Shown here: positions 1-12,353 of the stretch, one piece after another
Numbering within the stretch: the first letter of the stretch is position 1
Layout of the letters: each line of letters starts with the position of its first letter
DNA from: Harriotta raleighana
Lineage: Eukaryota
Length of the DNA: 64,000 bases
Assembly (NCBI GenBank): GCA_050575255.1
Contig: JBNZDD010013654.1
Coordinates: 1,145,718-1,209,717 of the forward strand
Direction: 5' to 3'
Translations under genes and position numbers: made by a program
The notes under the pieces: generated by a model
What the model saw: the letters and a program-made list of their open reading frames with translations, nothing else
Told to the model about the DNA's origin: nothing
The model's database searches: none

Positions 1-2999
1 CTCTGCTTTTCCTTATGGAGTGTAATCAAAGCTAATTCTATTGAATACACGCAAAACAGAATAAAGATAAGATTGAAATGGTATCACATCATTGAAAATT
101 CCACCTCTGTCATATCTTAGTTAATGTCACCCCCATAGACTTTGTCAAAGCAATTGATCATGAAATAGCCTGCTGTGACCTTTGAGAGTACCACTCGACT
201 GATTGTAGTATTTCATTACTGGTTCACAGATACCAGCTTGACATAAAATTTTATTATTCTATCAACATGTTACATTTTCATCTCAACATTCTTTACTCTG
301 GCTGTGTACTATTTCATGTCCTCTATATATAACTCTGCAGATTAATTATTCTGTCCTTATTGTTGATTTGCCACAGGTAAGATAGCCAAGAAAGACAATC
401 ATCATCACACTGTATCCTAACCAAACTAAGTTCCGTGCATCCATCTATACATGGAAATTCCCAAGGTGTTTATTGGAATGGAATGCGCACTCTCTCCCTA
501 GAGGGATGAATTTCACTCACCTAATTCCAGAGAGTATCTGGAACTTCTGGATCGGGTGCTGCAGGAATCCAACCAGCTAAAATCGCAATGGTACTCTCTG
601 GCAAACTTTCCCACTCATTTCCCAGCTAGGGCCAAATATCCATCAAGGCTTTGGCTTCTGGGATTAATGGGAGGTGAGTGGGAAAAATCCCGGCCACCAG
701 TGATTTGTCTGCCCTTCCAAGTTCTGCTGAGGAGCCAGAACTGGCTGGTATGTCATCAGCAGTGTCCTGCAGTAATGTCCCACCAAGCTCAACTGGATTT
801 GTGAGACTGTACAGAGTGCTGTCTTAATACTGACATTCTGTTGCCAAACATGTGACTTCGGGTACCAGTTCAGATCCAAGGAGATCCCACTTACCTTTCC
901 CCCTCCCAAGGAGGGAGATAATCAGTATAATCAGTAACTAGTTTATGCTGTACATAGTACATGTTTGGAGGGTGGGGGGAAGAACTTAGTTTAAACATGG
1001 AATGGCATTAAGCTGACCTGCTAACCATTAGTTGCCACAAGCCCCTATAGGTTCTTTTGTGAGTCGTGTGGATCTGAGATCTCCCCTATTATCTACTACC
1101 CTTGGGTTAACCTCAGACTGTCAGGGGGAAGCATGAATGGAGCTGATTGTAGAAGAGAAGTCAATACCTTCTGTTGCTTCCCCAGTTCAAATCAGCACAT
1201 TGTGTTATGCTGTGCACCCAGAAAATTACTTAAATGATTTTGATTGTAACTTGGATTGAATTATTCTAACTTTGTTTATATTAAAGATGTTTGGGAATAT
1301 TTTGAGCAATTTACAGAAGCATACCTCAAAAGGGATATTGAGTTGCCAGAGAGGGTTTAGACAAAGTGGCAAGATGATTCCGGGACCCAATTTTTTCTTA
1401 TTGAAACTTTTTCAAATCTCAATTGGAATTTTACAAAATGATGCTCAGAAACTAAAAAGTTAGTTTCGGTCCTGTTGGATAGAAATCAGAAATAATTAGA
1501 AAAAATCTGAAAGTATTTTGATTGCAGTCTGAAAGTTAGTTACTCTCACTGTTTAAAATATTACAAATACTGTAGTTAGAAAAAAATTGTGATTGTTCAA
1601 AACATTTAAAATAAAAAATGTCAGAACAGAAAAAAGCTATACTGATACCTCAGTAAGCATCAAAGTATGAACTGAACATTTATTGAAATGATCAGTAGAA
1701 GGCAGAGGTCTTAAGACTATCACTAAACTCTCTTAATTTAATTCTAATTATGCATTTAACTATATGAATGATTATATCAATTAATTATACAATAAACTGG
1801 ATATTTAACAAATTTTCCTCTATATGCATTAATTCAGACCATGATATTTATTAAATTCTGTATTAAAACATACACCAGTAGCGAAAAAATTATGTTACTT
1901 TTGTATCGCTTCAGAAATTAAATACTTTACAAAAAAAATTCCATATTGCTTCTTTTGAAATGCTTAAAAATTAAAGTGGTTAATGCAGACAACCAAAGTG
2001 TCTTGTTTGACTAATATTTGATTATTTTTTAAATGCTTAGCTTCCTTTTGTAGAAAATTTTGGAATATTTTATAGTTTGATAAAGTTAAAATTTATTTCC
2101 ATAGTTATTTTATTAATATAAATGCAGTGTGCCAAAAATAACAGAAATATTATTCCACAGGAGAGCATGCCTGACCTTGAGATGCCGGTCAGTGCTTTGG
2201 TCAATTAATCTATAAAGTTCATATCAGAGAACAAACTTGGCTGCTACTTACACTGCCTCTGCTTTGTAATTCACTCTGTCCACGTTCCATTGCTCCTTTT
2301 CTTGAACAGTCTTTTGGATCGAAACAGCTAAACCAGAATCCTGAGTCTCTAAGACAAGAAGCTCTGAAAGAGCACGTACATTAACAAAGTCATTAGCACT
2401 AACAATGTCTAGGATCAATGGGAAATGGGATTGTGCTTATCAGTGTCATTAACAAGGTCACTGTTGGAACCAGAAATAGACGTGTTTTCAATGGATATGG
2501 AAATGCATAAAATATAAATAACTATGGAGTTCCCAGTGCCCCAGTTTCAGCCCCATGAGCCCTCTTCACAAGTTGTTGGGAAAGTACATAAAAATGTAGT
2601 GCACTGAAGAAAGTGGAATCACTTGTTTAAATCAACTCAATTCCACAGTCTTAAGCTTTTTCATCTTCTTTCAAAAGAAAATATTAAATGTTGGAAAAAT
2701 TCTTTAAGAGTCCTTGGAAAATACATTACCAGCACAGACCATGGACCTGAAAGCTACAAAGAGGATTAAAAAAATGAATGCCCACAGCTCTTGGCAACTG
2801 AAAGGTTTAAAAGTAACTTCATGGAAAGATGTATGCATCAAAGGAATTGTGTGGAAATTGTGTGGATAGATAAACCAATGGCCTATGAACGCCTGGCTGA
2901 AATTGTGTTCATTGAAAGATTTAGTCCTTCAGTCATACATTTAATCCCGATCTTCACTTCAGAGATAGAATCACTTAGCTAAATACTTTAAACATAGTG

Positions 3000-3340
3000 T
3001 TTGTTATTGGTTTGCACATCTGCCTCGCATGTAAATGGACCTGGGTTTCAGTCCTGGGCAGAGCTAAACCTTTGGCAAGTTTCTTTACTCCACATGACTC
3101 TGTTTACTTAGTAAGTGGGAATCTGGTTGTTAGTTGATTGGCAAACTGATTTCTGGGAGTAATAATAATCCATTTAAAAAAAAAAAAATCATTCAGTGAG
3201 CCTATCAATCTGTGGCTGCATGCAATTGGCTGCATTGTCCCAATTGTCTCAAAATATACAGTCAATTCAATTTACAGTACAATTACACTTTGAGTTGTTT
3301 CAACAACATGATAAACACTGCATTAGATGTAAGAATTTCT
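3000..3340 (+). mobile_element. Old, diverged tRNA-derived SINE copy
   Basis: Decayed head (gacctgggtttcagtcctgggcagagctaaacctttggcaagtttctttactcc) and tail aaatatacagtcaattca shared with the 28876 SINE. Confidence 0.6.
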
Positions 3341-3652
3341 GTTTTATCTCTTGCAGACTATAGTTCAGACAAGGAATCAGTGTGCATTTAGCTGTTGTGG
3401 AATTTACCACATTTTAATAATAATAGCTATTATTATTATCTACTATGCTGTCCTTGGTGCCTTCCAGAAGTATTTTGTATTCTCATTTATTTTGCCATTT
3501 ATTTGATCAGCAGAGTATCAAATGCAAGGATTATTATTATTACAATTGCACAGATATGCCCTTATAAAGCTCTTTAATATCCCACAACATTACATAATAC
3601 AAACCTTCTGTTGTTCCATTAAAAGTGAAAATATTAAATATGTTGTGTTGTA

Positions 3653-4457
3653 CAGTTAACCCTCGTCGATCGTGGGGGTTACGTTCCTGAAAAACTGCAC
3701 ACCCAACGAAATTGCGTTGGAGAAGCTTAAGAAGTCATGGGAAAGGGGGGAGATAGGGGAATCCAGTTGCAGGCTACCCACCTCAAGCCTCCAAGCACAT
3801 TTGATGCAAGATACCTACTGAGGCAGTCGACAGCTGTCTGGCCCGCTCCTTGCTCCGCCCGCCTCTCCCCGCTCCTGTTGCTTCCCCCCACCACCTCCAC
3901 TCTTCCCGCTCTCGTCTCTCCTACCACCCAGGAAGTGGGCAAATCAGGGCAGCCCGGGAGGGAGGCAGAGATAAATTGGGGAGAGCGGCGAGCGGGTGGG
4001 GAGGGAACAGAGAACCGCTTGGAGGTGTGGGGGGACTCAGGGAGGTGAGGGGGAGAGAGCTGATCGGAGGCACGGGGTGACTCGGGGAGGTGCGGGGCAG
4101 CGAGCCCCTCGGAGGCAGGGCACGGGGGGGGACTCAGCGAGGTGGGCTGCAGCGAGTCACTTGGAGGGCAGAGTGCTGGGGACAAAGAAAGGTTACAGTG
4201 GCTTTGTTATCACTTTATTGCTTTAGTCGGGATCTGCCGGCCTCATCAAAAATGCGCATGCGCATGGGACCAGCCAGCCGAGGAATCATCGGATTTAGTC
4301 AGAAGCTATTGGCATCTTCACCCGTGCGCATACGCATGGGGCCAGCCAGCGCGTATACTCAAGTTTTAAGTGCGCTGCACAAAAAAGTGATGCTTTTATT
4401 TCTTTGCGTATACTTGAATTCGCAATTGATAAAGTCGCCTTCGAAGAGGGTTAACTG
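3653..4457. mobile_element. Non-autonomous Tc1/mariner (Tigger/MER2-like) DNA transposon, family A copy 1
   Basis: TIRs CAGTTAACCCTCGTCGA...TCGAAGAGGGTTAACTG, TA target duplication (3651-52, 4458-59), GC-rich interior, no transposase; second copy at 54612. Confidence 0.88.
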
Positions 4458-5294
4458 TATGTAAAACACATTTTTATCAAAGCCAAAATAAATGGTCATC
4501 AAGAACGTTTAAAAATTTCAAGATTGCAATCCCAGCTAGAAAAATAATTAAGCATCTCTGTGATAAAGAGGTGGATCTTCCTATTCAAATTGTGAACATT
4601 CTTTCTCCCATTCAGAATACTACTTCAGAATACACTCCATAGTACATTAAACCAAAGTGAAGATAAAGGGGAATTTGAAATGCACATTTTGTCTTAAATG
4701 ACTATTTAATTTCAGGAAACAAATTCAAAATCATGGATGGGAGGGGAAGAACCTGAGCAAACTTTAAAAAACCTTAGTAATATATTATTATTATATTCTG
4801 CAGACCGTTCAGGCCAATTTTGAGAAAGATTACAACTGAGACATGAAGAGAACAAATCCTAGATTCAGTCTTCAGATATTTACTATGTTCATAATCTGTG
4901 GGGTAACAAACAATACATTTCCATAACAGAGTACAAGCCAAAGATTTTACAGACCTCAAATTAATGTGTAAAGATAAAATGCAGCTGTTGAACATAGTTC
5001 TATTCGTATTGTAAAACATGTAGAAAATACTTTGACACAAAGGTAATTCTTTCAAACAATATAGAAAAAAACCTTAACTTCCTTTAAAAATAATTTGACT
5101 TATATATCCATTTTCAAACAAAGGAACAACAAAATATTTTACCCCTTTCATTGTTTTCTGTTCACATTACAAGCAAAAGCAATTTACTAAAATAAAGAGG
5201 TTTTATAGTTCAAAACATTAGGCCAATATATAATTGCTGAACTTGAATGAATAAGGCATGTCAAAGTCCAGATAGCTGTAATTTTGTCTTTTCA

Positions 5295-5324
5295 TTTATT
5301 CAGAGTGACAGATATATATTTACA
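5295..5324 (-). promoter_or_regulatory. Candidate polyadenylation signal with upstream Pumilio element
   Basis: Minus-strand AATAAA at 5300-5295 preceded by TGTAAATA (UGUANAUA) at 5324-5317. Confidence 0.35.
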
Positions 5325-6929
5325 TTAAAAGTATGTTTATATTAATGTAAATACATATACTGTACGTGTTAAAGATCTGTAACACAATTTGAAATTGACA
5401 AGACTCAGAGGTTATTGAACAGCTACTTCCAGCCAGTGCAGTTGTCAAGTCCCATTGTTCTTATCTGGACTCAAAACCATTCAGGTGTCACAATTACTGT
5501 GTTAGTTTTGTGTGTCTGCATTTACAGTAGTGTTTTAAAACAGAGAAGCATTCTTCCACATGCTGCAAACCCATGTTTATGCAATTTTCCAGTAAATGGT
5601 AGCCAGTTTCACATTGCAAGGTCTCAACGTTTGATTTGTTGGGGGTGGGAGAACTTACACACAAAAAAACAGTATTCATGACCATTTTAGCTTTTTCTGA
5701 AACTAATATTTCCTATGCACGCTCCAGGCCCAGTAGTACAATGAGATTCCAAATTGACAAAACAGGAATTAACTTTAAACTTACACAATAGACACATTTT
5801 GTCCCGGTATTGCTTTCACCCATAGTAAGATAATTAGTAATAATATCAATATAATATTTAATCAGATTGTAAAATATACACTAATGTCAGGTTTAGTTAA
5901 CTAATGCCTTGAGTGGACAGATCACACACTTATCCAAGTGCACTGCCCCTGCATTGTAACTGAATATGATCCACCAGAGACAATTCTTTCAAGGAAAACA
6001 CAGATTGCTTCAATTAATAAGTATCTGTTATGCTGAATAAGTTGAACAACACAATTACAGAGACAAACTCAGCCTCCTGAGCAAACCAACCACATTAAAT
6101 GCAAAAGTCAAGCCATGTAAAAATGTAAAAGACACAAAATGTCTTACATGTGTGTTTTAACCTTCATTCTGCTTTGCCCAATGCTACATTTCATTTAGGA
6201 TGCCTTGCTTTACCTCATTGGGCTTTTGTTTCTCTCCATCGTGATCTTTCAAGCCCTTTCTACTGGTATTTAACTGAAAATTGCATCCTTGACCATCAAA
6301 TGTAGAAATATTTTGAAAGAACAGCCCTGACAAAAGAAATAGCACAGAATTTGACCCGAATTTCAGGCTTCATAGAACCCGAGTTGTATGTTAGCAAATG
6401 TAAAAAATCTGCTTGTACCAGGATACTGTTTGGATGATCCAACTTCTATTTGTTTTACTTTTTCAAATAGCAAAATGGCAACTGAGTTTTGAGTTAAATA
6501 TTAACACTACTTTGGACCAGAAGTAAGAGATGCTATTTTAATACTTCCTATGTATCCATCAATCTGGATCAAGAATCACTATAGGAATAATCACTATAGA
6601 ACAATTGCCTAGAGATCATTAATGAAAGGATCCATGTTGTTCCCAATGTGTAAAATATTCATGGATATTTTGAGGTCAGCTCAATGGTAAAGTCCACAAT
6701 GCACAACTTTTTTCCTTTAAGATTACATCCAAGGCTTTCAAAGTTATTTGTGGTATGATATTTACCCAGATTTGTGTATCAAAGTACTGGAGAACACTGG
6801 AGCACAAACTCAACCAGAACGGTTTCACAATGTAAAATTTCAATCAAATGGGGATCAGGTATTTGAAGATTTCTACACTCTTGCAGCATTTAATCTCAGT
6901 GTAAGAAATCTTAATTGTTAGATATTCCT

Positions 6930-7207
6930 GATAAAATATTACTTTTATACTGTGGCACTGCACTTAGGGAGACAGATTTAACTTTGTAAATCCTAGAATT
7001 TGTTCTTATTGATTCTAGTATGGCTTAAAGGAAGGTGAGNTGATAAAATATTACTTTTATACTGTGGCACTGCACTTAGGGAGACAGATTGAACTTTGTA
7101 AATCCTAGAATTTGTTCTTATTGATTCTAGTATGGGTTCAACATCACNTTGTAAATCCTAGAATTTGTTCTTATTGATTCTAGTATGGCTTAAAGGAAGG
7201 TGAGACC
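6930..7207. other. Probable assembly artifact: near-identical repeated segments flanking single N bases (7040, 7148)
   Basis: tgataaaatattac...ttctagtatgg is repeated on either side of an N; the same pattern occurs at N34933, N57141 and N63503. Confidence 0.75.
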
Positions 7208-7577
7208 TAAGAACAAATGTACTGATCTGCACAACACTTCAAAGGCTTTGGTTCCTTCAAATATATTGTTTCTCTTTTCTGTTGGCTTCAATAAATGCAA
7301 AGGGATCATGGGAGACTCTCAATGTGATGAATTTACCCTCATTCACTTATAAGAACAATCTTGTATCCAATTGCTTTGATGCAGGGTGAAAAAATATTAC
7401 AAGAATTGTGTCTTCCATTATTGTAGTAAATATTGATAAATCAAATAGGAACATTTGATGAGCATTGGGGCTTGTTAAATGTTCATGGAGAATTCTGCTC
7501 TGGTCTGTTCTGACCCATCTCTGGTGCCTCGACTCTCGTATCTTATCTTAGAATAGACTGCCTGGTCTCACCTTCCT
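7194..7577. mobile_element. Kolobok/T2-type MITE (TTAA target, AGGRR termini)
   Basis: TTAA-AGGAAGGTGAGACC...GGTCTCACCTTCCT-TTAA; the perfect inverted repeat extends to 22 bp (7186-7207 / 7564-7585). Confidence 0.65.
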
Positions 7578-10500
7578 TTAAGCCAGCTTCTGCCTCCAAC
7601 GGTTCTTTTGTCATCTACACATTATTCTATTACCAGACACATCTTTACTTTCCATCTCCACTTATAAACGTTGGACAATATGTTTGCAAATCCCTAATTT
7701 ACTCCTCCACCACTGGCTGTTCTACCCCAGTACGCTTTCCTGCAACCACAAAATGTACAATATGTCCTTTTAATTTCACATAATTGAATTGTGCTCTAAA
7801 TCATTCTGTTCATATGTACCTCTTCTGCAATCGTCTACACTATTGTTTCTTATAGTACAACGTTCTTTATAACATAAACATTTGCAAATCATCACAGGTT
7901 CTACCAGTAACACGATTCTTTCTTCCCTGTGACTCAACACTTCAGCACCTCTTCAAATCTCCATATCTAATAATTAGATAAACAGGACGTGTCCCACCGG
8001 GGAAAGAATGTGTATTCCACTCTCAGGTATTTGTTACATACGTATTCCATTCCAATAAATATCTCTGGAATTTCCATGTGTAGGTGAGATGCCTGGAATT
8101 CTCAGTTTGGTATGGATAACCGAAAGCATGCTGATGGGTTTCCACATGTGACATTCCATTAAAGCTGACCTTGGCCTCTCTGATCTTACACATATGCTCC
8201 CCAGACCAGAACTTCTGATCAAGGTCACGTTTGAAACTTCTGTTCCAAATGTTTGATCTGCTGTGGATTTCCAACATTACTGGTTTTGATTCGGATTGCA
8301 AACATTCAGTTATTATTTTCATTTCACATTGTTTCTAACTATATACCTTAATACGTAAATTTACTCTGTCCATATATATGTCGTCATAAACATTAAACTC
8401 TAAAAACCCACCACTTTCTTCTATTTTGATGTAAGGTAGATTGGGCACAAATGAGTTTGTTGATATGTATTCATATAGATTTATACAGAAAAAGACAAGT
8501 ATTTGTTACATGCAAGTAATATTGTCAGCTCTCAGCTGTACGTACAAAGAATGATAGCTTAATACTGTATTACCCAGTGGGATGTTGTCATTACTATCAA
8601 TCTGTTGAATATGGATACTATTTCTTGTAGATTTTTAAATAACTGTGGCAATGGAGAAATAAAAGTGAATGAATGGATTTCATGAGAATGTAAATTAAAA
8701 AAAAGAGAAAATGAAATTCAATCAGACAAACTAATTGCTTCCACACATAATTTGCTTATTTGCTCTCACACATGTTCAGTCTCCACAATAAAGGTTATTT
8801 CTTTCCCCTAAGATAAAACAAAACTCCGGAATACTATCCAATAATCACAGATCATGTAAGACAATTCCATAGACCCAACTATACATCTTCACTGTACTTC
8901 ACTCACATCTATTTAACCCATTCCTATTCCAGCTATTATTAAAAATGTTAAACAACACAAAATTAATTGATTTATCTGGGATGCCATTCCACATATCTGT
9001 AACTCTTTGTTAATGTGTTTGTGTATACATTCCATGTAGATAGTGTCTCAGAGCACTTAAGTGTGTGATTTGATGCCAAGTTGGAAAGAGAGGGAGGTGA
9101 CTGAAGGCATTGTCAAAAAGCCTTCAGATGTGATTTGAAGATGGGCAAATAAGGAGTAAAATAGAAGGATTGTGGCGGAGAGTTCCAGAAGTTTGGGGCA
9201 AAGTGTCTGAAATTACAAGAGGGTAAGTGGAATGAGAAAGTGAGACAAAGTGAATTCCTAAATTCTTGAGTCTCATTTGACGCCTGTTAATTTATCTCAA
9301 TTGTGCATTAATGTTAATATTATCATCATTATCATGTGGGAGAAATGACTCATGCTGCCTTACCTTCCTCACTCAAATCGGAACATTGTTTACCTGTACG
9401 TAAATTCTATCATGTGGCTAATTCCATTTCTTATCAGGAAACACAAGTCCAAGAAGTCAATCTCACAAGTTAAGGTAAGGGTTTTGCAATTTCGCTGTGT
9501 TGTCCAGTGTAGATCATCTTTATTTTTAATAATTTCCACTGTATTATACCACCATTTCGCAAATTAAAGCAACCTGGCATATAATGCAGGAAGTTATAAT
9601 TGCACCAGTTCTTATGCTGAACTTATTCAACTTCGAATGTATATGTTACAGCTATGTACATAAAACCACTGAATAGTGTGTCCCTTACCAATATCACATC
9701 ATAATGTTGCATGTTATAGAAATGTCAATTCACAACTTTGTGGGTATACAATTTGTTTATACATTTTGCTCCAAGTACTTTAAGGAGTACAATAGTCAGA
9801 ATTACCGTGATGTTGAATTCTCTCAAAGAATCCTGCCTATCAGAAAAAAGAATCTAAATAATGTTCAGATGGTGAAATATAAGGAAATAAAATACTCATG
9901 CAGAACTTAAATATTACTGAGGGAGAGTGCAATATTAACTAAATTCAGAGTGTTTATTCAAGAAGAGCTGATTTAGAGGTCAAAGAAAATTGGAGTTACT
10001 GCGCTGAGTGATGTAGTCTCAGCTAGGGCATCATATTTGTTTTTAATATTTTTGGTTAGGGAAGAGAAAATCAGCCAGGGCTCCTGCTTCTGATCTGTAT
10101 CCAACAACCTTCACTGGAAGCCTGTATCATTAGACGTTGGATCAATATAATCAGGCTCAACTCAATGCACCCCCAAGGTTGAATATCCTCAATGTCAGGT
10201 TTACGCTTGAATAACAATGACTCAAGCATGGTGCCAGAAGGCAATTATAGCATCATACCCCCATTATAAAAAATGAATGGAATTAAATGCATTTGAGAGG
10301 AAAAAATTGGAAGGGGGAACTTTTTTTAAGATGTGTACATCATACACATCTAGATTGCAAAATGTTACCTATAGTACCTGTGATTCTGGCTTAATAAATC
10401 CTTTAATACTACAGACTAGAGGTGGCATTGTGACCTAAGTTAACAATTCCAGAGCCAGAAAAATGTTCATCACAACCATGTAATTCCACAGAACAGATTG

Positions 10501-11655
10501 AGATGATCTGAGTATTAAGAGAAAAAAGAACAAACTTTTGCATACAGAATATGTACTGAGCAGAATATATCAGCTCAAACTGATTTAATAATACTATTTT
10601 GTCTTGTGTAACCAAAATGTCAAGATGTCAAGAATATTGCAATTGTAAAAAATGTTCTTTGGTTCAGCACATTTTTTGACAATTCTAACTATTCATGTGT
10701 AGATATTCATCCAATATCATTTTACTGTGTGTATAAAGACTGTGATAGTTGACTTACTTACTACTCAAGAGACTGAAAAATATATGCTGTGATGTAGAAA
10801 ACTAAAATACCCACCCTGACTGTGTTACATAATGTCACAGTTCACATAAGCTTTCTTACTTGAAATAAATCAATTCAACTGATCCAAGATGTTACAGCAT
10901 TTAAGAGCCAGAATGACATTTAGCTTCACCTTTATCTTGAAATTATCACAGGAAGCAGAATAAAGGTAAAACTCACAGACAATCTCTGAAATGAATTGTG
11001 TGCACTCCCTACTCACACTTCAAAAATATTCCAGAGACCCCAACCATTCTGAGCATTAGGCTGATAGAAACGGCCAGGTAACAATGACATGTCAACCCTG
11101 AGCTAACACTTAGAATTAGTTAACAATTTTGATATAAAAATAGATGATTACCACTAGAACTTAAGCTAAGTGGGAAAAAAAATTCATTTTTTTAATAGAT
11201 TTTTTTTGTAAATAGTTGACAGCACTTTGAAAGACTTAAGGAAATTTGCAAAGAAGTTGATAAAAGAGTGTCTGGGATTGTAGACAAGCTCTGCAGGACT
11301 AATATTTATCAGGTAAAATACTAGGCATCAAACTCACCCAGAAAATAAAACAGCAAAGTCAAAGATTATGTCCTTTCTAGATGGTTTCCCTCCTTTGTGA
11401 TTAGCAGTATCAATATTCTGATATGACAGTGTGATTTTCTTCTGCACCTGAAATCTTAATGTATTTGTGGCAATTATGTCTTTAATCTATACAGTACAGT
11501 GCTCATTTTTTCCACTGAATTCAAAAATGCATATATAATGAATTCATTATTAAAATGTTAACAAACTGCCTTAATGTGTCATTTTCCAATTGAAAATCCA
11601 ACACAATGATTTGTTGGGAAGGAGCAATCTCACCACTAAACTCATAACATCCATA

Positions 11656-11681
11656 CATTCATTCATTCATTCATTCATTCA
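11656..11681. repeat. (CATT)n microsatellite in the putative 3' UTR
   Basis: About 6 perfect CATT units. Confidence 0.9.
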
Positions 11682-12156
11682 GCCATTGCCACTATTGTAT
11701 TGCCACTATTCATTGGTTATTTAACGCTTCTTCATAAAGGGATACAACAGATATATTCCTTAATATGCAGAACATATTGTAGCGATTCATTTTCCTATGT
11801 GGCAACATCAAAAATAGATGCCAAAGACCAGAACTAATGCACAAATTATGAGTCCAGGTCATGTCTTTGATAGATCCCACTCTTTTCAGCTGCATAAAAT
11901 AAGTAGTCTGTAGAAAAAAAAACACTGTGGGTGAATAATCTTCAGAGTTTTGATCGATCTGAGGTCTGGGTGAGTACAAAGTAATCTGGCACGAGTAGAT
12001 TGTACCTGAATGGCACCTGGTGTTCTTTGGGTAAAGGGGAAGCGGGCTACAGTACCTCTTTCTGCTTTAAGACTGCTATTGTTCGAAGATTGAGTTGCAT
12101 TTTTGATGGGTTTATCCAAAAGGAAAATTGTTTGTCCTTTGTCTCTATTCCACTGA

Positions 12157-12353
12157 TTATCTCCACCGTCTTTGCAGTAGCAGGAGAAGAAAGATGACAA
12201 ACATGGCTAGCCAGTGCAGGCTAGGTCTGACAGCTGCAGAATAATCAGACTCACTTCGGTCAGAGCCTGGGGGAGGTTCAGAAAAGTCAAACTCTGTTGG
12301 ACACATTTCATCTGTGCAGCCGCTGCCACTCCCTGAGCCACTGGCTTCATCAA
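12157..12353 (-). CDS. GPC6: Glypican-6 terminal coding exon (equivalent to human exon 9): HS-attachment SG repeats and GPI-anchor signal
   Basis: (I)[64 protein letters not shown]. Acceptor ttatctttcag, TAA stop at 12159-12157. Four SG dipeptides, small-residue omega region (SAA) and hydrophobic tail. Confidence 0.95.

Larger units (their letters stand above)
5280..12156 (-). other. GPC6: Putative long GPC6 3' UTR (distal end uncertain)
   Basis: Follows the stop codon. Minus-strand AATAAA candidates at 9953-9958, 9519-9524 and 5295-5300; which one is used cannot be told from sequence. Confidence 0.3.

Noticed and set aside
3341-3506. Plus-strand acceptor (ttttatctcttgcag) followed by a short hydrophobic open frame
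   Set aside because: No recognisable protein similarity; adjacent to SINE tails and ATT-rich low complexity.
3727-4464. Overlapping Pro/Gly-rich ORFs (also 54831-55542, 30696-31066, 42549-42989)
   Set aside because: They lie entirely within GC-rich or low-complexity MITE interiors, with no transposase or other domain motifs.
1-5300. Exons of DCT, the usual convergent neighbour of GPC6
   Set aside because: No DCT-like peptide found. The ILPHAANP in ORF 5415-5681 only superficially resembles it and lacks the metal-binding His context.
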